From: Phycisphaerales bacterium
Lineage (GTDB): Bacteria > Planctomycetota > Phycisphaerae > Sedimentisphaerales > Anaerobacaceae
Length of the DNA: 64,000 nucleotides
Direction: 5' to 3'
Assembly (NCBI GenBank): GCA_003141275.1
Contig: PLLM01000061.1
Coordinates: 7,131 to 71,130 of the forward strand
Made by a program: the position numbers and the translations under genes. Every line of letters starts with the position of its first letter. Within the stretch, counting starts at the first letter, position 1. The notes under the pieces are model-generated. The model worked only from the letters and a program-made list of their open reading frames with translations, had not been told where the DNA came from and made no database searches. Of this stretch, positions 24,913 through 35,543 are shown piece by piece.

Positions 24913-25044
24913 ATGCAGAAGACAGGGGGTTTACATTGTGTTGTTTGGCGGGGTGTTTAGGGGGTTGACAGAGAAGGCAACGGCAATCTAACTGGCGCGG
25001 TTGTCGTAAAGCCAAGTGTTAATTAGTAATGACGGCTCACAAAT

Positions 25045-25082
25045 AAAAAAGCCATTCCTTCGGTAAGATACTCCGAAGGAAT
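25045..25082 (-). terminator. Intrinsic terminator after 25110..25691
   Basis: Perfect 10-bp stem attccttcgg/ccgaaggaat (25054-25063 and 25073-25082) with a 9-nt loop. On the minus strand it is followed by ggc+T6. Confidence 0.7.
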
Positions 25083-25109
25083 AGCTTTCACTCTCAGTCA
25101 GGCAGATGT

Positions 25110-25691
25110 TTACTCAGGTATATAACCTTTCGTTTGTTCGAGTATCTGTCCGTAGTTTTCTATTAACTGAGTGACTGTTGTACTTTGAATATTTGAAAGC
25201 CGAGTCGCCTTAAGGTCCAGCGTCATTCTTATGCTGCCGGAGCCGGTCATATAGTCCTGTTGCTGCCAGACGTCATTTCCGCTAAGACCTATGGCGGTAA
25301 ATCGCGAGAGTCCGCCTATATCTTTCAGGGAAGCATTACCACTAAGCACCATATATGTTCCTGTGGTATCGTCGAAGAAACGCAAAACCATCTTTTTGCC
25401 CCTGCCGTAATCTACCAGGATAAGCTCTGCATCGCTGGGTAATGTCGTATATTGAATTTTTCTGCCTGTTTTGGTTTCGTAATGCAGAAACTGGGTTTCC
25501 GAAATAGTTATACTGTTCGGATTTGACAGGTTGGCGTCGATTGCAAGATAGCCGCTTTCTTTTTTCATTTCGACGACGTTGTTTGCGACATCGAACTGAT
25601 GGCCGCCTATATGCGTCTTGAATATCAGTATTTCAGCCCTGGCTGGAACACAAAAAGCAAAAGCAACCATTATTGAAATAAGGTATCTCAT
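25110..25691 (-). CDS. Hypothetical secreted protein
   Basis: ATG at 25691 gives the signal peptide 'MRYLISIMVAFAFCVPARA'. Same strand and immediately downstream of the giant beta-helix protein gene. No recognisable motif. Confidence 0.65.
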   Translation of the reverse strand: MRYLISIMVAFAFCVPARAEILIFKTHIGGHQFDVANNVVEMKKESGYLAIDANLSNPNSITISETQFLHYETKTGRKIQYTTLPSDAELILVDYGRGKKMVLRFFDDTTGTYMVLSGNASLKDIGGLSRFTAIGLSGNDVWQQQDYMTGSGSIRMTLDLKATRLSNIQSTTVTQLIENYGQILEQTKGYIPE

Positions 25692-25777
25692 ATTAAGAAC
25701 CCCCTCCTTTATATTTTTCCAGAACATTCACAGCAAAACAACGCTTTTAAGTCGCCTTGCGTTCTGGTTTCTATCGT

Positions 25778-28700
25778 TTAGTATCCAACGTATAATCGAA
25801 TTAGCTCATCAGCAGTTAGAACGCGATTATAAATATGCACATCGTCAATTTTGCCGTTAAGTCCCATGTCTCTGCCAAGGCCGTTGTTGCCAATATCAGC
25901 GTGGTCGGCAAATGCCGTCAGACCCGAGTATGCCCCGCTGGCTTTGAGCACGCCGTTGACATACACGTTATAGGTCGGTTTGTTCCATGTCAGTACGATG
26001 TGGTACCATTTTTTGTTTTGAAGCCGCTGAATATTAACACTCGTCTCTTGCGAGTCGCCAAGACCCAGGCATAAGTACCCGTATTTGTCATATAACTGTA
26101 TCCTGTTGGCCGTACCTGTAACGTGACCAAAGAAATAATGTCTGGACAAAGTTTGTCTCTGGACATATACCCACATTCCGATGGTTCCTTGCTGCAGATT
26201 GAAATTTGTTGTTTTAATCTGAACTGCGTCGTTTGGAACGCTGAAGACAACTGCTCCGTTGATTTTGCCTGTTCCCCAGGTCAGGCCGTTTTTAAGGTAT
26301 CCGGTGTCTCCGCTTTCTGAGGAGTCAGAGGCAATGTCGCCACTTGTTTCATCGAATTTCCAGTATCCGATTGGCGGAGAATTGCTATCGGGCAGGTTCG
26401 TGTCTGTGACTGTAATGGCTACCTTTTCGAAGTCCATAGATGAGCCGTGCGGCGCTGCGAACTCGACTTCATACGTTCCGGCATCTGTATAGCCGGGGGT
26501 CCAGCTGAAAGTATTTGACACCAAAGACGGCAAACTCGGCAAATTACTGTCAGCCAAAGTCATTGTTGCATCAGGCCTTGTTCTTATGGTGAAGCTTAGT
26601 TCATTACCTTCAGCCACAGTTTTATCGCCAATTGGGAGGAACATAAGGGCCAAATTGGAGATTTCCGTTGCCATCAGAGCCCGGTTGTATATGCGCACTT
26701 CATCAATAAGTCCTTGAAATCCTTCGGTGCGTGAGGTGGCATTGCCGGTGTTTCCAATGTCCGCCAGGTTGCTCAAAAGTGTCAGACCGGTATAGGTTCC
26801 GGTTGCGCTTAATGAACCATTCACATATACAGTGTAATTTGTGCCGTCCCAGCTAAGGGTGATGTGATACCATGTTTGAGGGGACAGAAGCTGTATGCCG
26901 GTTTTAAGCAGGTGATTATTACCCATACCAACGCAAAGGTACCCGTTGTCCGTGTATAATTGTATCAGGTTTGCCTCGCTTTCGTCGCTGTGCCCGAAAA
27001 TATACTGTGTGCCGAGCATGCTCGTTCCGTTAATCCATAGCGAGACAGTGCCCTGGACAGCGTTCCAGTCGGTCGTCGAGATTTGAACGGCATCGTCGCC
27101 GCCGCCAAGGTTTGCTTCCTGCTGGCCGGTGCGCTGAGCGCCATTTATGTAATATCCGGTGTTGTTATGTCCAGAACTGTCTACGACGTAGCTGCTGCCG
27201 GCGTCGCCGAATACGTAGTAGCTCACAAGCCCCGAATTGTATGTATATCTAACGCTTGTCTTCGGCATCGGGTTGCCCGCAACATCCTTGACATTAACCA
27301 CATTCAGGGTATAAGTTTTGCCGTCCGTGTGCATATCTGTGTATAATGTAACTCTATTATATCCTGTTTCGAGCCACAAGGAATTTATTTTAAGGCTATC
27401 ACTCAATCCGTAATTGCCGGCGCTGCCAGCCGACGCCCCGTCGAGGGGTTCGCTGAATTGTATTTCGACGGAACTTTCTGTAGCGGTTACCGAAATTATC
27501 GATGGCGGTGTTATATCGGCAGCTAGTTCCTCGACTGTAATGACAACCGTATCAGTATCGGTAAGTCCGCTATTGTCTGTGACCAGCAACGTGATTATAT
27601 GCCGACCGATTGACAGAGCTACGGTGGGATTGGCACCTACGGCAATCTGGCTGCCTCCTTCAGTCCATACATAACTCACAATGCTGCCGCTGGAGTGCGA
27701 ACCGTCAAGAGTTACGGATGCGGCGCCGCTAACTGAAGCGGTTAACGGCTGGTCCGGTCCAGCATCAGCGATTGGCGGATTATTACTGGGCTGTGAGCCC
27801 ACATACTCGTAGCATCCGGCATCCGGCGAGGAATCGCGGGAATTACCGAGAATATCAGTTGCCGGATAATTCGCAGGGTCGCCATGCCCAACTCCTAAAC
27901 TGGTTGCCGAAGCGTGGTGAAAATCTCCATTTTGATAATTGGCAAAAATGCCCGTAAATAACGGGACATTCCAGTCGTTCCAGTTATAGTCGGAATGCAG
28001 GACAATATCATTTGAGCCGCAAATAGAGGTGGTTCCATAATAGCCCCGGTTATAGATGTTATAGTTGCTGTATACCTGGTCTATATTTGTTCCAATGCTG
28101 ACCATACTTATTATATTGTTATATACCTTGATATTTTTTGAGGCCTGAATAGTGAGTTTGCCAATCAGGATGTTATTTCTGAAAACAAGTCCGTCTATTC
28201 CTAATATTCTTACTGTGCTATCGCTTTCGTCTTCCCCATCGATGTAATGGTTCCAGAACAAGTTGTTTTCGACGAGGAAATTATGGCCGCCAATGCCATT
28301 CGTATTACCCCAAGAAGAGCCATCCGGCCACAATTGCATAATCTGGTCGTCGCTTGTATCTCTGGTAGGATGAGAGCAATCGTATAGTTGATTGTTTCTG
28401 ATAGTTAGATTGGAGGTGTTCTGAGAATCTAAAACCTGGATAAGGTCGGTGTGAACAGAACTTCTCCATTCATAGACCACATTTGAGGGCTGGCCGCCAT
28501 TTGCTATGGATTTTTTAAGGGTTATTTGTGTCGGCGTTATAGAAGAAATTGTAACATCATGGTCTCCGGTATTGACATTTGTTCCCGATACTACATACAG
28601 CTCCATCTGGTCCCCTGTCCAGTCGATAGGTTCATTAACGCCCCAGGCGGCATTAGGGTTTGTCATTACGGTGCCGTTTGCATTCCAGGTTGTTTTAGTA

Positions 28701-29515
28701 GGCGTTTCTGAGAGAGTTGCGACATAAACTTGTGCATCGTGCAGGTTGTTATTTGTTACAAGTAAAGGCCCATTCCCGCCAGATATGCCTATTCCGGCGT
28801 CTGCGCTCGTGTAATTGACTTCATTATATGCGACTGTGCCCTTGACGCAGCCGACATAAATACCAACGTTCTGCACCTGATTGACGATGTTGTGCATAAC
28901 GTTAAAGTCATCAGCGCCGGTTCTGAAATTGATGCCATAAACGAACCCGTCATATCGACCAGAACCATTGCCATGCAACCTGCAATACTCAATAGATATA
29001 TCTGTTGTGCCGTAATCTCCCCATCCATAAATGCCATTAGTTGTATATTTTGCGCCTTGACCGACTATATTAAGATGCTGAAGTTTTACATGGGCGGAAT
29101 TTCTCATATCAACAGCAAATGTTATGTTCTGTGTGGGCTTTATAGCAAATCCATCGAAAATCAAATAAGTGTTGAATCTTTTGTTTTGGTTATTTAATGA
29201 TATATACGTGAGTTCAGGCGTATTCCCGCTTGCGGCACGATAAGTTACCCAGTCCGTTCTATCTGTGTTTGTTTCACTATAAGTTCCGTAAGAGCCATTC
29301 GCTACAATCACGGTATCTCCGCTGGTTACAGTCGCTTGAGCTTTAGAAAGTGTCCGCCATGCAGTTCCAACGGATAATCCGTCCGTATTATCACTCCCAT
29401 TTGTTGCGTCAAGATAATAGGTAGCCGCAGTTGCCGTGTTATTCGCCGCGAGCTGGCAGAAGGAAAAAGCAATCGTAAGACAGAGCGTGAATTGCTTCCA
29501 AGAATGCCTATGCAT
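25778..29515 (-). CDS. Giant secreted protein: right-handed beta-helix region + PKD-like + Ig-like + two LamG (concanavalin-A-like) domains
   Basis: Signal peptide from ATG 29515 ('MHRHSWKQFTLCLTIAFSFCQLAANNTATA'). The beta-helix-type repeats are rich in N/G/I ('NNILIGKLTIQASKNIKVYNNIISMVSIG'). The PKD-like segment is 'PPIADAGPDQPLTASVSGAASVTLDGSHS..ITLLVTDNSGLTDTDTVVITV'. Two LamG_3-type modules end in 'GLIDEVRIYNRAL' and 'GKIDDVHIYNRVLTADEL'. Upstream starts up to 29632 are possible. Confidence 0.85.
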   Translation of the reverse strand: MHRHSWKQFTLCLTIAFSFCQLAANNTATAATYYLDATNGSDNTDGLSVGTAWRTLSKAQATVTSGDTVIVANGSYGTYSETNTDRTDWVTYRAASGNTPELTYISLNNQNKRFNTYLIFDGFAIKPTQNITFAVDMRNSAHVKLQHLNIVGQGAKYTTNGIYGWGDYGTTDISIEYCRLHGNGSGRYDGFVYGINFRTGADDFNVMHNIVNQVQNVGIYVGCVKGTVAYNEVNYTSADAGIGISGGNGPLLVTNNNLHDAQVYVATLSETPTKTTWNANGTVMTNPNAAWGVNEPIDWTGDQMELYVVSGTNVNTGDHDVTISSITPTQITLKKSIANGGQPSNVVYEWRSSVHTDLIQVLDSQNTSNLTIRNNQLYDCSHPTRDTSDDQIMQLWPDGSSWGNTNGIGGHNFLVENNLFWNHYIDGEDESDSTVRILGIDGLVFRNNILIGKLTIQASKNIKVYNNIISMVSIGTNIDQVYSNYNIYNRGYYGTTSICGSNDIVLHSDYNWNDWNVPLFTGIFANYQNGDFHHASATSLGVGHGDPANYPATDILGNSRDSSPDAGCYEYVGSQPSNNPPIADAGPDQPLTASVSGAASVTLDGSHSSGSIVSYVWTEGGSQIAVGANPTVALSIGRHIITLLVTDNSGLTDTDTVVITVEELAADITPPSIISVTATESSVEIQFSEPLDGASAGSAGNYGLSDSLKINSLWLETGYNRVTLYTDMHTDGKTYTLNVVNVKDVAGNPMPKTSVRYTYNSGLVSYYVFGDAGSSYVVDSSGHNNTGYYINGAQRTGQQEANLGGGDDAVQISTTDWNAVQGTVSLWINGTSMLGTQYIFGHSDESEANLIQLYTDNGYLCVGMGNNHLLKTGIQLLSPQTWYHITLSWDGTNYTVYVNGSLSATGTYTGLTLLSNLADIGNTGNATSRTEGFQGLIDEVRIYNRALMATEISNLALMFLPIGDKTVAEGNELSFTIRTRPDATMTLADSNLPSLPSLVSNTFSWTPGYTDAGTYEVEFAAPHGSSMDFEKVAITVTDTNLPDSNSPPIGYWKFDETSGDIASDSSESGDTGYLKNGLTWGTGKINGAVVFSVPNDAVQIKTTNFNLQQGTIGMWVYVQRQTLSRHYFFGHVTGTANRIQLYDKYGYLCLGLGDSQETSVNIQRLQNKKWYHIVLTWNKPTYNVYVNGVLKASGAYSGLTAFADHADIGNNGLGRDMGLNGKIDDVHIYNRVLTADELIRLYVGY

Positions 29516-29994
29516 GAGCCGATCCCTCAACTGGACAGTTGTTCCTGTGGTTACCATATTAAGCACCTGTTTCGAGTAAGAGTAAATAAGCATAACAATG
29601 TAAAATCTAACAATAAATCGATAGAATGACAAATGCCGGGGGGGAATTCAGCGATAATTCGGGGCTCTTGGCCGAAAAATAAGTTTTTTGTTGAGCACAA
29701 GGAAGTATTATAATGTGTCGAATAGATAAAGTCAAGCATATTATCGGAACTTGCCGTGAATAACTGTTTTTTTACTTTTTGCCAAAATTTGCCTTGAAAA
29801 AGAGCTTGCCAACTAGAATATAACAAGTTATTCTGAGACCTCGAGAGTCGGCCCGTGTTTTTTTATGAATATCCGTGTTTTTTGGCTCAATAAAAGATTT
29901 TGTGGGTTTTTAGAGTGCTACTTTGGGGTTGCTCCGTTTGGCGTATTTATTTGAAAATAGGCAATCGAGGGAACCTGTGAGGGTTTTCAGGCAT

Positions 29995-30741
29995 ATGCGC
30001 GGTGCCGCGGGCAAAACGCCGGTATGGTTTGCCTGGATTCTGGCCGTTTTGCTGCTGATATCCGGGGGTGTCGCCTATCGTGTTTTGGGGCACAAATTAA
30101 AGCTTATTGGGGAAAAGCCGACTGCGCTTCCTGTTCCTCTGAGTGACTTCCCCATACAGTTTGGCAATTGGGTCGGCAGTGAAATGCCCATTCCCGCTAC
30201 TACGAAGGAGTATATGGAGAGGAATTTTGCGGATGATTTCTTCAGCCGGAGATACGTTAATTCTGTTGACAAGATATGGGTGGACATATACGTAGTATAT
30301 TGCTCAACCAAACCTGGCGGGATGCTCGGGCATCGTCCTAGCGTGTGTTATCCGGCGAACGGGTGGTTGCAAGAGACGACCGAAAAATCACAGTTTACTT
30401 CGCAAAAGGGCCGACAAATAGACTGTCTCGTACAGAGATTCCGCCAGCCGGCACCTGCGATTGGCGAGGTTGTTGTCTTGAACTTCTATGTTCGCAATGG
30501 CCAAATTACAATCAACGAAGGCGATTTCGAGGGTCTGTTGGGCCGCAAGTTCAATATTACCAGAGACCCGAGTCGATACGTGGCTCAGGTTCAGATAAGC
30601 TCTGTGCTGGAAAGTTCGGTAAGAAAGGCCGCTGGGGAGATAACCGACATCATACTTGACTTTCTACCCGACAAGAACAGTAAAGTCAGTGCGGCGGGAT
30701 TTATCCGGACTTCCGGCGGTAACGTCAAAAGCGACGAGTGA
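29995..30741 (+). CDS. Exosortase-associated EpsI-family protein
   Basis: ATG 29995 gives a TM anchor 'VWFAWILAVLLLISGGVAY', then 'LSDFPIQFGNWVGSEMPIP..ADDFFSRRYVN....IWVDIYVVYCSTKPGGMLGHRPSVCYPANGW'. This is the typical EpsI (DUF3485) pattern. Confidence 0.8.
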   Translation: MRGAAGKTPVWFAWILAVLLLISGGVAYRVLGHKLKLIGEKPTALPVPLSDFPIQFGNWVGSEMPIPATTKEYMERNFADDFFSRRYVNSVDKIWVDIYVVYCSTKPGGMLGHRPSVCYPANGWLQETTEKSQFTSQKGRQIDCLVQRFRQPAPAIGEVVVLNFYVRNGQITINEGDFEGLLGRKFNITRDPSRYVAQVQISSVLESSVRKAAGEITDIILDFLPDKNSKVSAAGFIRTSGGNVKSDE

Positions 30742-30837
30742 TACTAAGAAGAACTGAGGGCAGTCGGGTAAGCAGGAGGTTGCATTTGCCTTTTAATGTA
30801 ACCCACGGGGACGGAGTTTAAGCGAAGCGGAAAAACA

Positions 30838-32178
30838 TTGATTTTGTTCGATAAATTACGCAAAGCCGTTTCAGATAAAATCATTCTGACACAAGGCGAT
30901 GGCCTCAAGGCCCGGAGTGCTCGTAGTTCGTTAATACTGGCATCGGGCGTTTTTTTTGAAAGAGTCGTTGGTCTTGTTCGCAATATGATTCTTGCCAGAA
31001 TGCTGGCACCTGAGAATTTTGGCCTTATGGCCATTGTGCTGGCGGTAATGGCCGTATTGGAATCTTTTACTGATATTGGTATAAAGCAGTCGGTTATCTA
31101 TAATCAGGAAGGCAACAAGAAGGAGTATCTTAATGTTATATGGTGGATACAGATACTACGTGCTGCCGGCATATTTATTACAGCGTTTCTAATAGCTCCG
31201 GTCATCTGTCGTTTTTATGGTAAACCGGAACTACTCAATCTGCTCAGAATTTCATTTCTGGTCGTTGTGTTCAATGGATTGACTAGCCCGTGTTTATATC
31301 TGCTGGACAAAGAATTCCGATTTGTTAAGTCGTTATGCCTGATACAGGGCAGTTCAATAATCGGAACGATGGCATCAATAGGGCTGGCTTTATATATGCG
31401 AAATGTATGGGCTTTAGTAATAGGGCAGGTCGGACAGAGCGCCGTGCAATGCCTGTTATCCAATATTTATTGTCCATTTATACCAACTCTTAATTTTGAC
31501 CGAAAATACCTCAGGGAAGTTTTAAGTTTTGGGAGAGGAATGGCTGGATTGTCATTTTTAACAGTGATTGCAATGGAGACTGATATTTTTGTGATGGGAA
31601 AGCTTTTGCCTTCTGCTCAGGTGGGAATGTATGCCTTGGCTCTTACACTGGCACAGCAGCCGAGGTTTTTATTTTCTCAGACAATCGGCCGGGTTTTACT
31701 GCCTGCATTTGCGGAGAAACAGAACGACAAAACGGCATTGCGAAATGCTGTTGTAACAATACTTAAAAATATGTTGCTAATTGGCGTACCGCTGTCGATT
31801 CTGGTCGCATTTGGCTCAAAAATTATATTGTCTGTCGTTTACGGGGCTCAATTTAGTGCGGTTGCCGTTCCATTTACATTATTGTGTTTTGCCACGCTGT
31901 TTAATGCTCAGGCTATTGTATTAGCTCAGGTGTATATTGGGATGGGGCTGCCTTACCTGCACCGACGTTACGTCACTCTTATTGCCGGATTGATTGTCAT
32001 CCTGATGTATCCGGTGATAAAGTGGTTCGGCCTCAGCGGTGCGGCGGGCGTTCTGCTATTTTCACATATTATAGGGGTCTTTATGCAGATTGTTTGGATG
32101 AAAAATGTAATAGGCATTAGAATGAAGGATTATATCTATTGTTGGTTGCCTTTTCGCCTATCACCAATTAGGAATTAA
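30838..32178 (+). CDS. Wzx-type polysaccharide flippase (MOP/Polysacc_synt_3 family)
   Basis: TTG start. About 12-14 hydrophobic spans. N-terminal 'ERVVGLVRNMILARMLAPENFGLMAIVLAV' is typical of oligosaccharide flippases. Confidence 0.8.
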   Translation: MILFDKLRKAVSDKIILTQGDGLKARSARSSLILASGVFFERVVGLVRNMILARMLAPENFGLMAIVLAVMAVLESFTDIGIKQSVIYNQEGNKKEYLNVIWWIQILRAAGIFITAFLIAPVICRFYGKPELLNLLRISFLVVVFNGLTSPCLYLLDKEFRFVKSLCLIQGSSIIGTMASIGLALYMRNVWALVIGQVGQSAVQCLLSNIYCPFIPTLNFDRKYLREVLSFGRGMAGLSFLTVIAMETDIFVMGKLLPSAQVGMYALALTLAQQPRFLFSQTIGRVLLPAFAEKQNDKTALRNAVVTILKNMLLIGVPLSILVAFGSKIILSVVYGAQFSAVAVPFTLLCFATLFNAQAIVLAQVYIGMGLPYLHRRYVTLIAGLIVILMYPVIKWFGLSGAAGVLLFSHIIGVFMQIVWMKNVIGIRMKDYIYCWLPFRLSPIRN

Positions 32179-32355
32179 TGTGTTGGTGGATAAATTTGGC
32201 CGTAATATGATTTTTTGTGTTCCTGTGTGGTTGTGATATGCCGTTGCGTTTTAATTCCGATATAATGGCGAAACGCAACTTGTGCACATAAAGGGCTTGG
32301 TGACACTATCAATTCCGAAACATCACCTAAAGAGAATGATGCGATAGATGTATGT

Positions 32356-33633
32356 TTGCTTGGGGCTCAGTTAGACGTAGGCAATCAGGGTTGTCGCGCT
32401 CTTGCCGCTTCTCTTGTAAAACTTATTATAGATAACAGGCCGAACGCCAGAATCTATTTGCTTTATGGGAATCGAACCGGCGGAGCTCTAAAATTGCGCG
32501 TATCGGGGAAAATTGTTGAGGTGGAGATGGTTAATTTCCGTCTTTCTCCGAGGGGCGCATTACGCGAACATTTACTCTGGGTTCTATTTCTGGCGTGTAT
32601 TTGTCGCTTGATGCCGATTACAACTATTAGAAACTGGATTGTGCGTTCGAATCAACGGTTGAGAGTTTTGATGGCGGCTGATTTTGTGGGAGATATAAGG
32701 GCAGGCGACAGTTTTAGTGATATTTATGGGGTGCGAAGGTTCCTTTTTGGAATTATTCCCAGTATTATCGCAATTCTTATGCGAAAAAAACTTGTTTTGC
32801 TGCCCCAGACTTACGGGCCGTTTAAATCAAAAGTTTCAAAACAAGCTGCGCGGTTTGTAATGAGGAGGGCCGTGAAACTTTATTCTCGTGATCGGGATAG
32901 TATAGAGTTAGTGCACGAGATGCTGGGCGAACAGGATAAGCGCAAGAGCGTACAGTTTTGCCCGGATGTTGCATTTGTTTTGGAATCTGTTTTGCCGGAA
33001 AATCCGGATATACAACCAGAACTGAACAGGGAGTCCAATATTCCGCTGATCGGATTTAATATAAGCTCAATGTTATACAGGGAAGGGTATACCGGCAACA
33101 ATGAGTATGGACTCATGTTTAACTACAAAGAGTTTGTACATATACTACTCCGGGATTTGATGGAACGAACGAACGCGCATGTTTTGCTGGTTCCGCACGA
33201 GTACTTTCTGTATAAGATTGGCAGTCAGGAATGCAATGAAATTCATATATCCGAGAAAGAACGCGAGTCAACGGACAAGAAATATCATGACAGGATTCAT
33301 TTGGTAAAACGAGAGTATAATCAGAATGAGATTAAAGGGATTATTGGGCTTTGTGATTTCTTCGTTGGGTCTCGTATGCATGCGTGCATTGCAGCACTTT
33401 CGCAGTGTATCCCGGCAGTGGGAATTGCTTACAGCAAGAAGTTTCATGGGGTTTTCGAGAGTATCGGCTTGAGCGACTGTGTTGCCGATGCGAGGACCAG
33501 CACCAAAGATGAATTACTGGGGAAAATCATTTCGTCGTTTGAGAAAAGAGAATTCATTCGAAATCATCTGATGCGCACTATACCTTCCATTCAACGTGAA
33601 ATTCAGAATATCTTCAGAAATATATATTATTGA
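32356..33633 (+). CDS. Polysaccharide pyruvyl transferase family protein (N-terminus possibly clipped by a frameshift)
   Basis: '[24 protein letters not shown]' (N-terminal Rossmann strand and loop) and C-terminal '[33 protein letters not shown]' are typical of WcaK/CsaB-like pyruvyl transferases. The first canonical start, TTG 32356, lies inside the conserved first strand. Confidence 0.75.
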   Translation: MLGAQLDVGNQGCRALAASLVKLIIDNRPNARIYLLYGNRTGGALKLRVSGKIVEVEMVNFRLSPRGALREHLLWVLFLACICRLMPITTIRNWIVRSNQRLRVLMAADFVGDIRAGDSFSDIYGVRRFLFGIIPSIIAILMRKKLVLLPQTYGPFKSKVSKQAARFVMRRAVKLYSRDRDSIELVHEMLGEQDKRKSVQFCPDVAFVLESVLPENPDIQPELNRESNIPLIGFNISSMLYREGYTGNNEYGLMFNYKEFVHILLRDLMERTNAHVLLVPHEYFLYKIGSQECNEIHISEKERESTDKKYHDRIHLVKREYNQNEIKGIIGLCDFFVGSRMHACIAALSQCIPAVGIAYSKKFHGVFESIGLSDCVADARTSTKDELLGKIISSFEKREFIRNHLMRTIPSIQREIQNIFRNIYY

Positions 33634-33641
33634 CTGGTCTA

Positions 33642-34301
33642 ATGCTGCTGTCTAAATTATTTTTCAAACTGTATGCCCTGAAAAGCGAGAGGATGAGGAA
33701 AGTTATTCTGACTTTGGTGTCAAGGTTTGAAGGCGGACAGATGCATTCGGAAACACTGCGGGCAATATTTTCAAAGTATCACAATATTGAAATTGGAATG
33801 TACAGTTATGGCGGGTGTTTTAATCTGGATCATATTCGACCTTTTACCAAAATAGGCAGATATTGTTCGTTTGCTGAAAATGTATATGTATATAACGCAA
33901 ACCACCCTTTTGACCGCAAATCGGCTCACCCATTTTTCTATGACCCTTCACTTGGTTACGTTGGAACCGAACAAATATTGCGAAGAGGTATTGAGATAGG
34001 AAATGACGTGTGGGTTGGCCAGAATGTTATAATTTTGCCGAGTGTCACGCAAATCGGTGATGGCGCCGTTATTGGGGCCGGCACGGTAGTAACCAAGAAT
34101 GTGCCGGATTTTGCGGTGGTTGTGGGCAATCCTGGCAGGGTGATTAAATACAGGTTTACCGAAGATACCATACAACAATTGAAGCAGGAACGATGGTGGG
34201 ATAAAGACATTGATGATTTGCGGGAAAATTTAGATGCTTTTACGCATCGTTATAATGTTCCGTTTGATAACGCAAAGGAGCCGAATACCACGGGCACATG
34301 A
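33642..34301 (+). CDS. Hexapeptide-repeat O-acetyltransferase (CatB/Vat-like xenobiotic acyltransferase family)
   Basis: '[25 protein letters not shown]' followed by LbH repeats '[54 protein letters not shown]'. Confidence 0.8.
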   Translation: MLLSKLFFKLYALKSERMRKVILTLVSRFEGGQMHSETLRAIFSKYHNIEIGMYSYGGCFNLDHIRPFTKIGRYCSFAENVYVYNANHPFDRKSAHPFFYDPSLGYVGTEQILRRGIEIGNDVWVGQNVIILPSVTQIGDGAVIGAGTVVTKNVPDFAVVVGNPGRVIKYRFTEDTIQQLKQERWWDKDIDDLRENLDAFTHRYNVPFDNAKEPNTTGT

Positions 34302-34435
34302 TCCGTTCGCAAGCGTTAAATAACTGCGGCAGTGACTCAATATTAACCAGTTTAACCCAAAAATAGTTCCTTGTGTACATCCTGTAATGCCGGCTATCAA
34401 GCAATTAACAGCGTGACGGCAAAAGCGGCGGTGGC

Positions 34436-35368
34436 ATGATATTTATGTTAGAAAATAAGGCCAAACTACTTCTTAAAAGGTTACGTTATCTGATTCAGCG
34501 TTGGGTTGTTGCTCCTTTGCAGCCAAAATCGTTCAGAGATGAATACCAATTTTTTACTCAAATAAAATCTATGGCGTATGATGATACTGCATATAAAGAG
34601 GCATTATTGCGGAGCAGAAGTCATCAGGTGGACAAAGTTCTGACATTTGAGAATTTTGTGGCCAGGAATGGGATGTTACCCGGTATCAAAGAATTACTGC
34701 AGGAGGTGTTAGAAAGTCAGGACCATGATGATGCTACGGTTAATTGGTGCAGGCAGGTTCTTGCCGAATATCAGGAACGGGCAACGGGCAGCCGACCAGT
34801 GGAAACGACGTTTGACCTGCTTTATGATGCCGAATCCAGGCGAATGTTGAAAAGTATAATAGAGAATCGCAGGAGCATACGCAGCTTTACACAACAACCT
34901 ATATTGAAAGAAGATATAAATGAAATTCTTGCTTCCGGCCTGTGGGCGCCAACCGGATGCAATAGGCAGATGATTAACTATCTTGTGCTCGACGATAAGG
35001 AAGATATGAAATTTTGCCAGAAGATGGCAGGAGAGACATATCCTTTTCCGTCTGAGGCCCCGATTTGCGTCGTAATTCTTGTGGACCCGAGAGTATATGC
35101 ATTGCCTGGACATAGGCACATGGCATATTTGGAAACAGGCGCTGCTGTTCAAAATATGCTGCTGACCGCGCGGGTGCTTGGTATTGGAGGATGTTGGCTG
35201 TTCTGGCAGGATGCAGCGCCTAAACATTCGGAATTTCTGTCGCGGTTCAAACTTCAGCCATGGTTGCTTCCGGTTGCGCTGGTATGCTTTGGATATCCGG
35301 CAGCGGTTCCAAAGTTCCCTCCGTATCGGAAGGCGCTTTCGAAATGTGTGTACTATCCCGGAAAATAG
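34436..35368 (+). CDS. Nitroreductase-family protein with an N-terminal extension of about 140 aa
   Basis: 'IENRRSIRSFTQQPILKEDINEILASGLWAPTGCNRQ' and 'GAAVQNMLLTARVLGIGGCW' are nitroreductase-fold signatures. Confidence 0.75.
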   Translation: MIFMLENKAKLLLKRLRYLIQRWVVAPLQPKSFRDEYQFFTQIKSMAYDDTAYKEALLRSRSHQVDKVLTFENFVARNGMLPGIKELLQEVLESQDHDDATVNWCRQVLAEYQERATGSRPVETTFDLLYDAESRRMLKSIIENRRSIRSFTQQPILKEDINEILASGLWAPTGCNRQMINYLVLDDKEDMKFCQKMAGETYPFPSEAPICVVILVDPRVYALPGHRHMAYLETGAAVQNMLLTARVLGIGGCWLFWQDAAPKHSEFLSRFKLQPWLLPVALVCFGYPAAVPKFPPYRKALSKCVYYPGK

Positions 35369-35543
35369 AAGCCATTTTATGACATGTTTTTTGCCTCGTG
35401 GGTAATGCTTGTCAATAAATTAAAAGGCCGCCAAATTTTCCTGGTATATGTAACAATGCTGGTTTTTAGTAAGCCGGATAATTATTGTTGGTTGTGATAT
35501 ATTTGTCAAAGCGGATGAACACGTCAGATGGTGGGAATTACCA

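Noticed and set aside
34709-35227. 172-aa minus-strand ORF
   Set aside because: It is antisense to the nitroreductase-family gene, whose conserved motifs are unambiguous.
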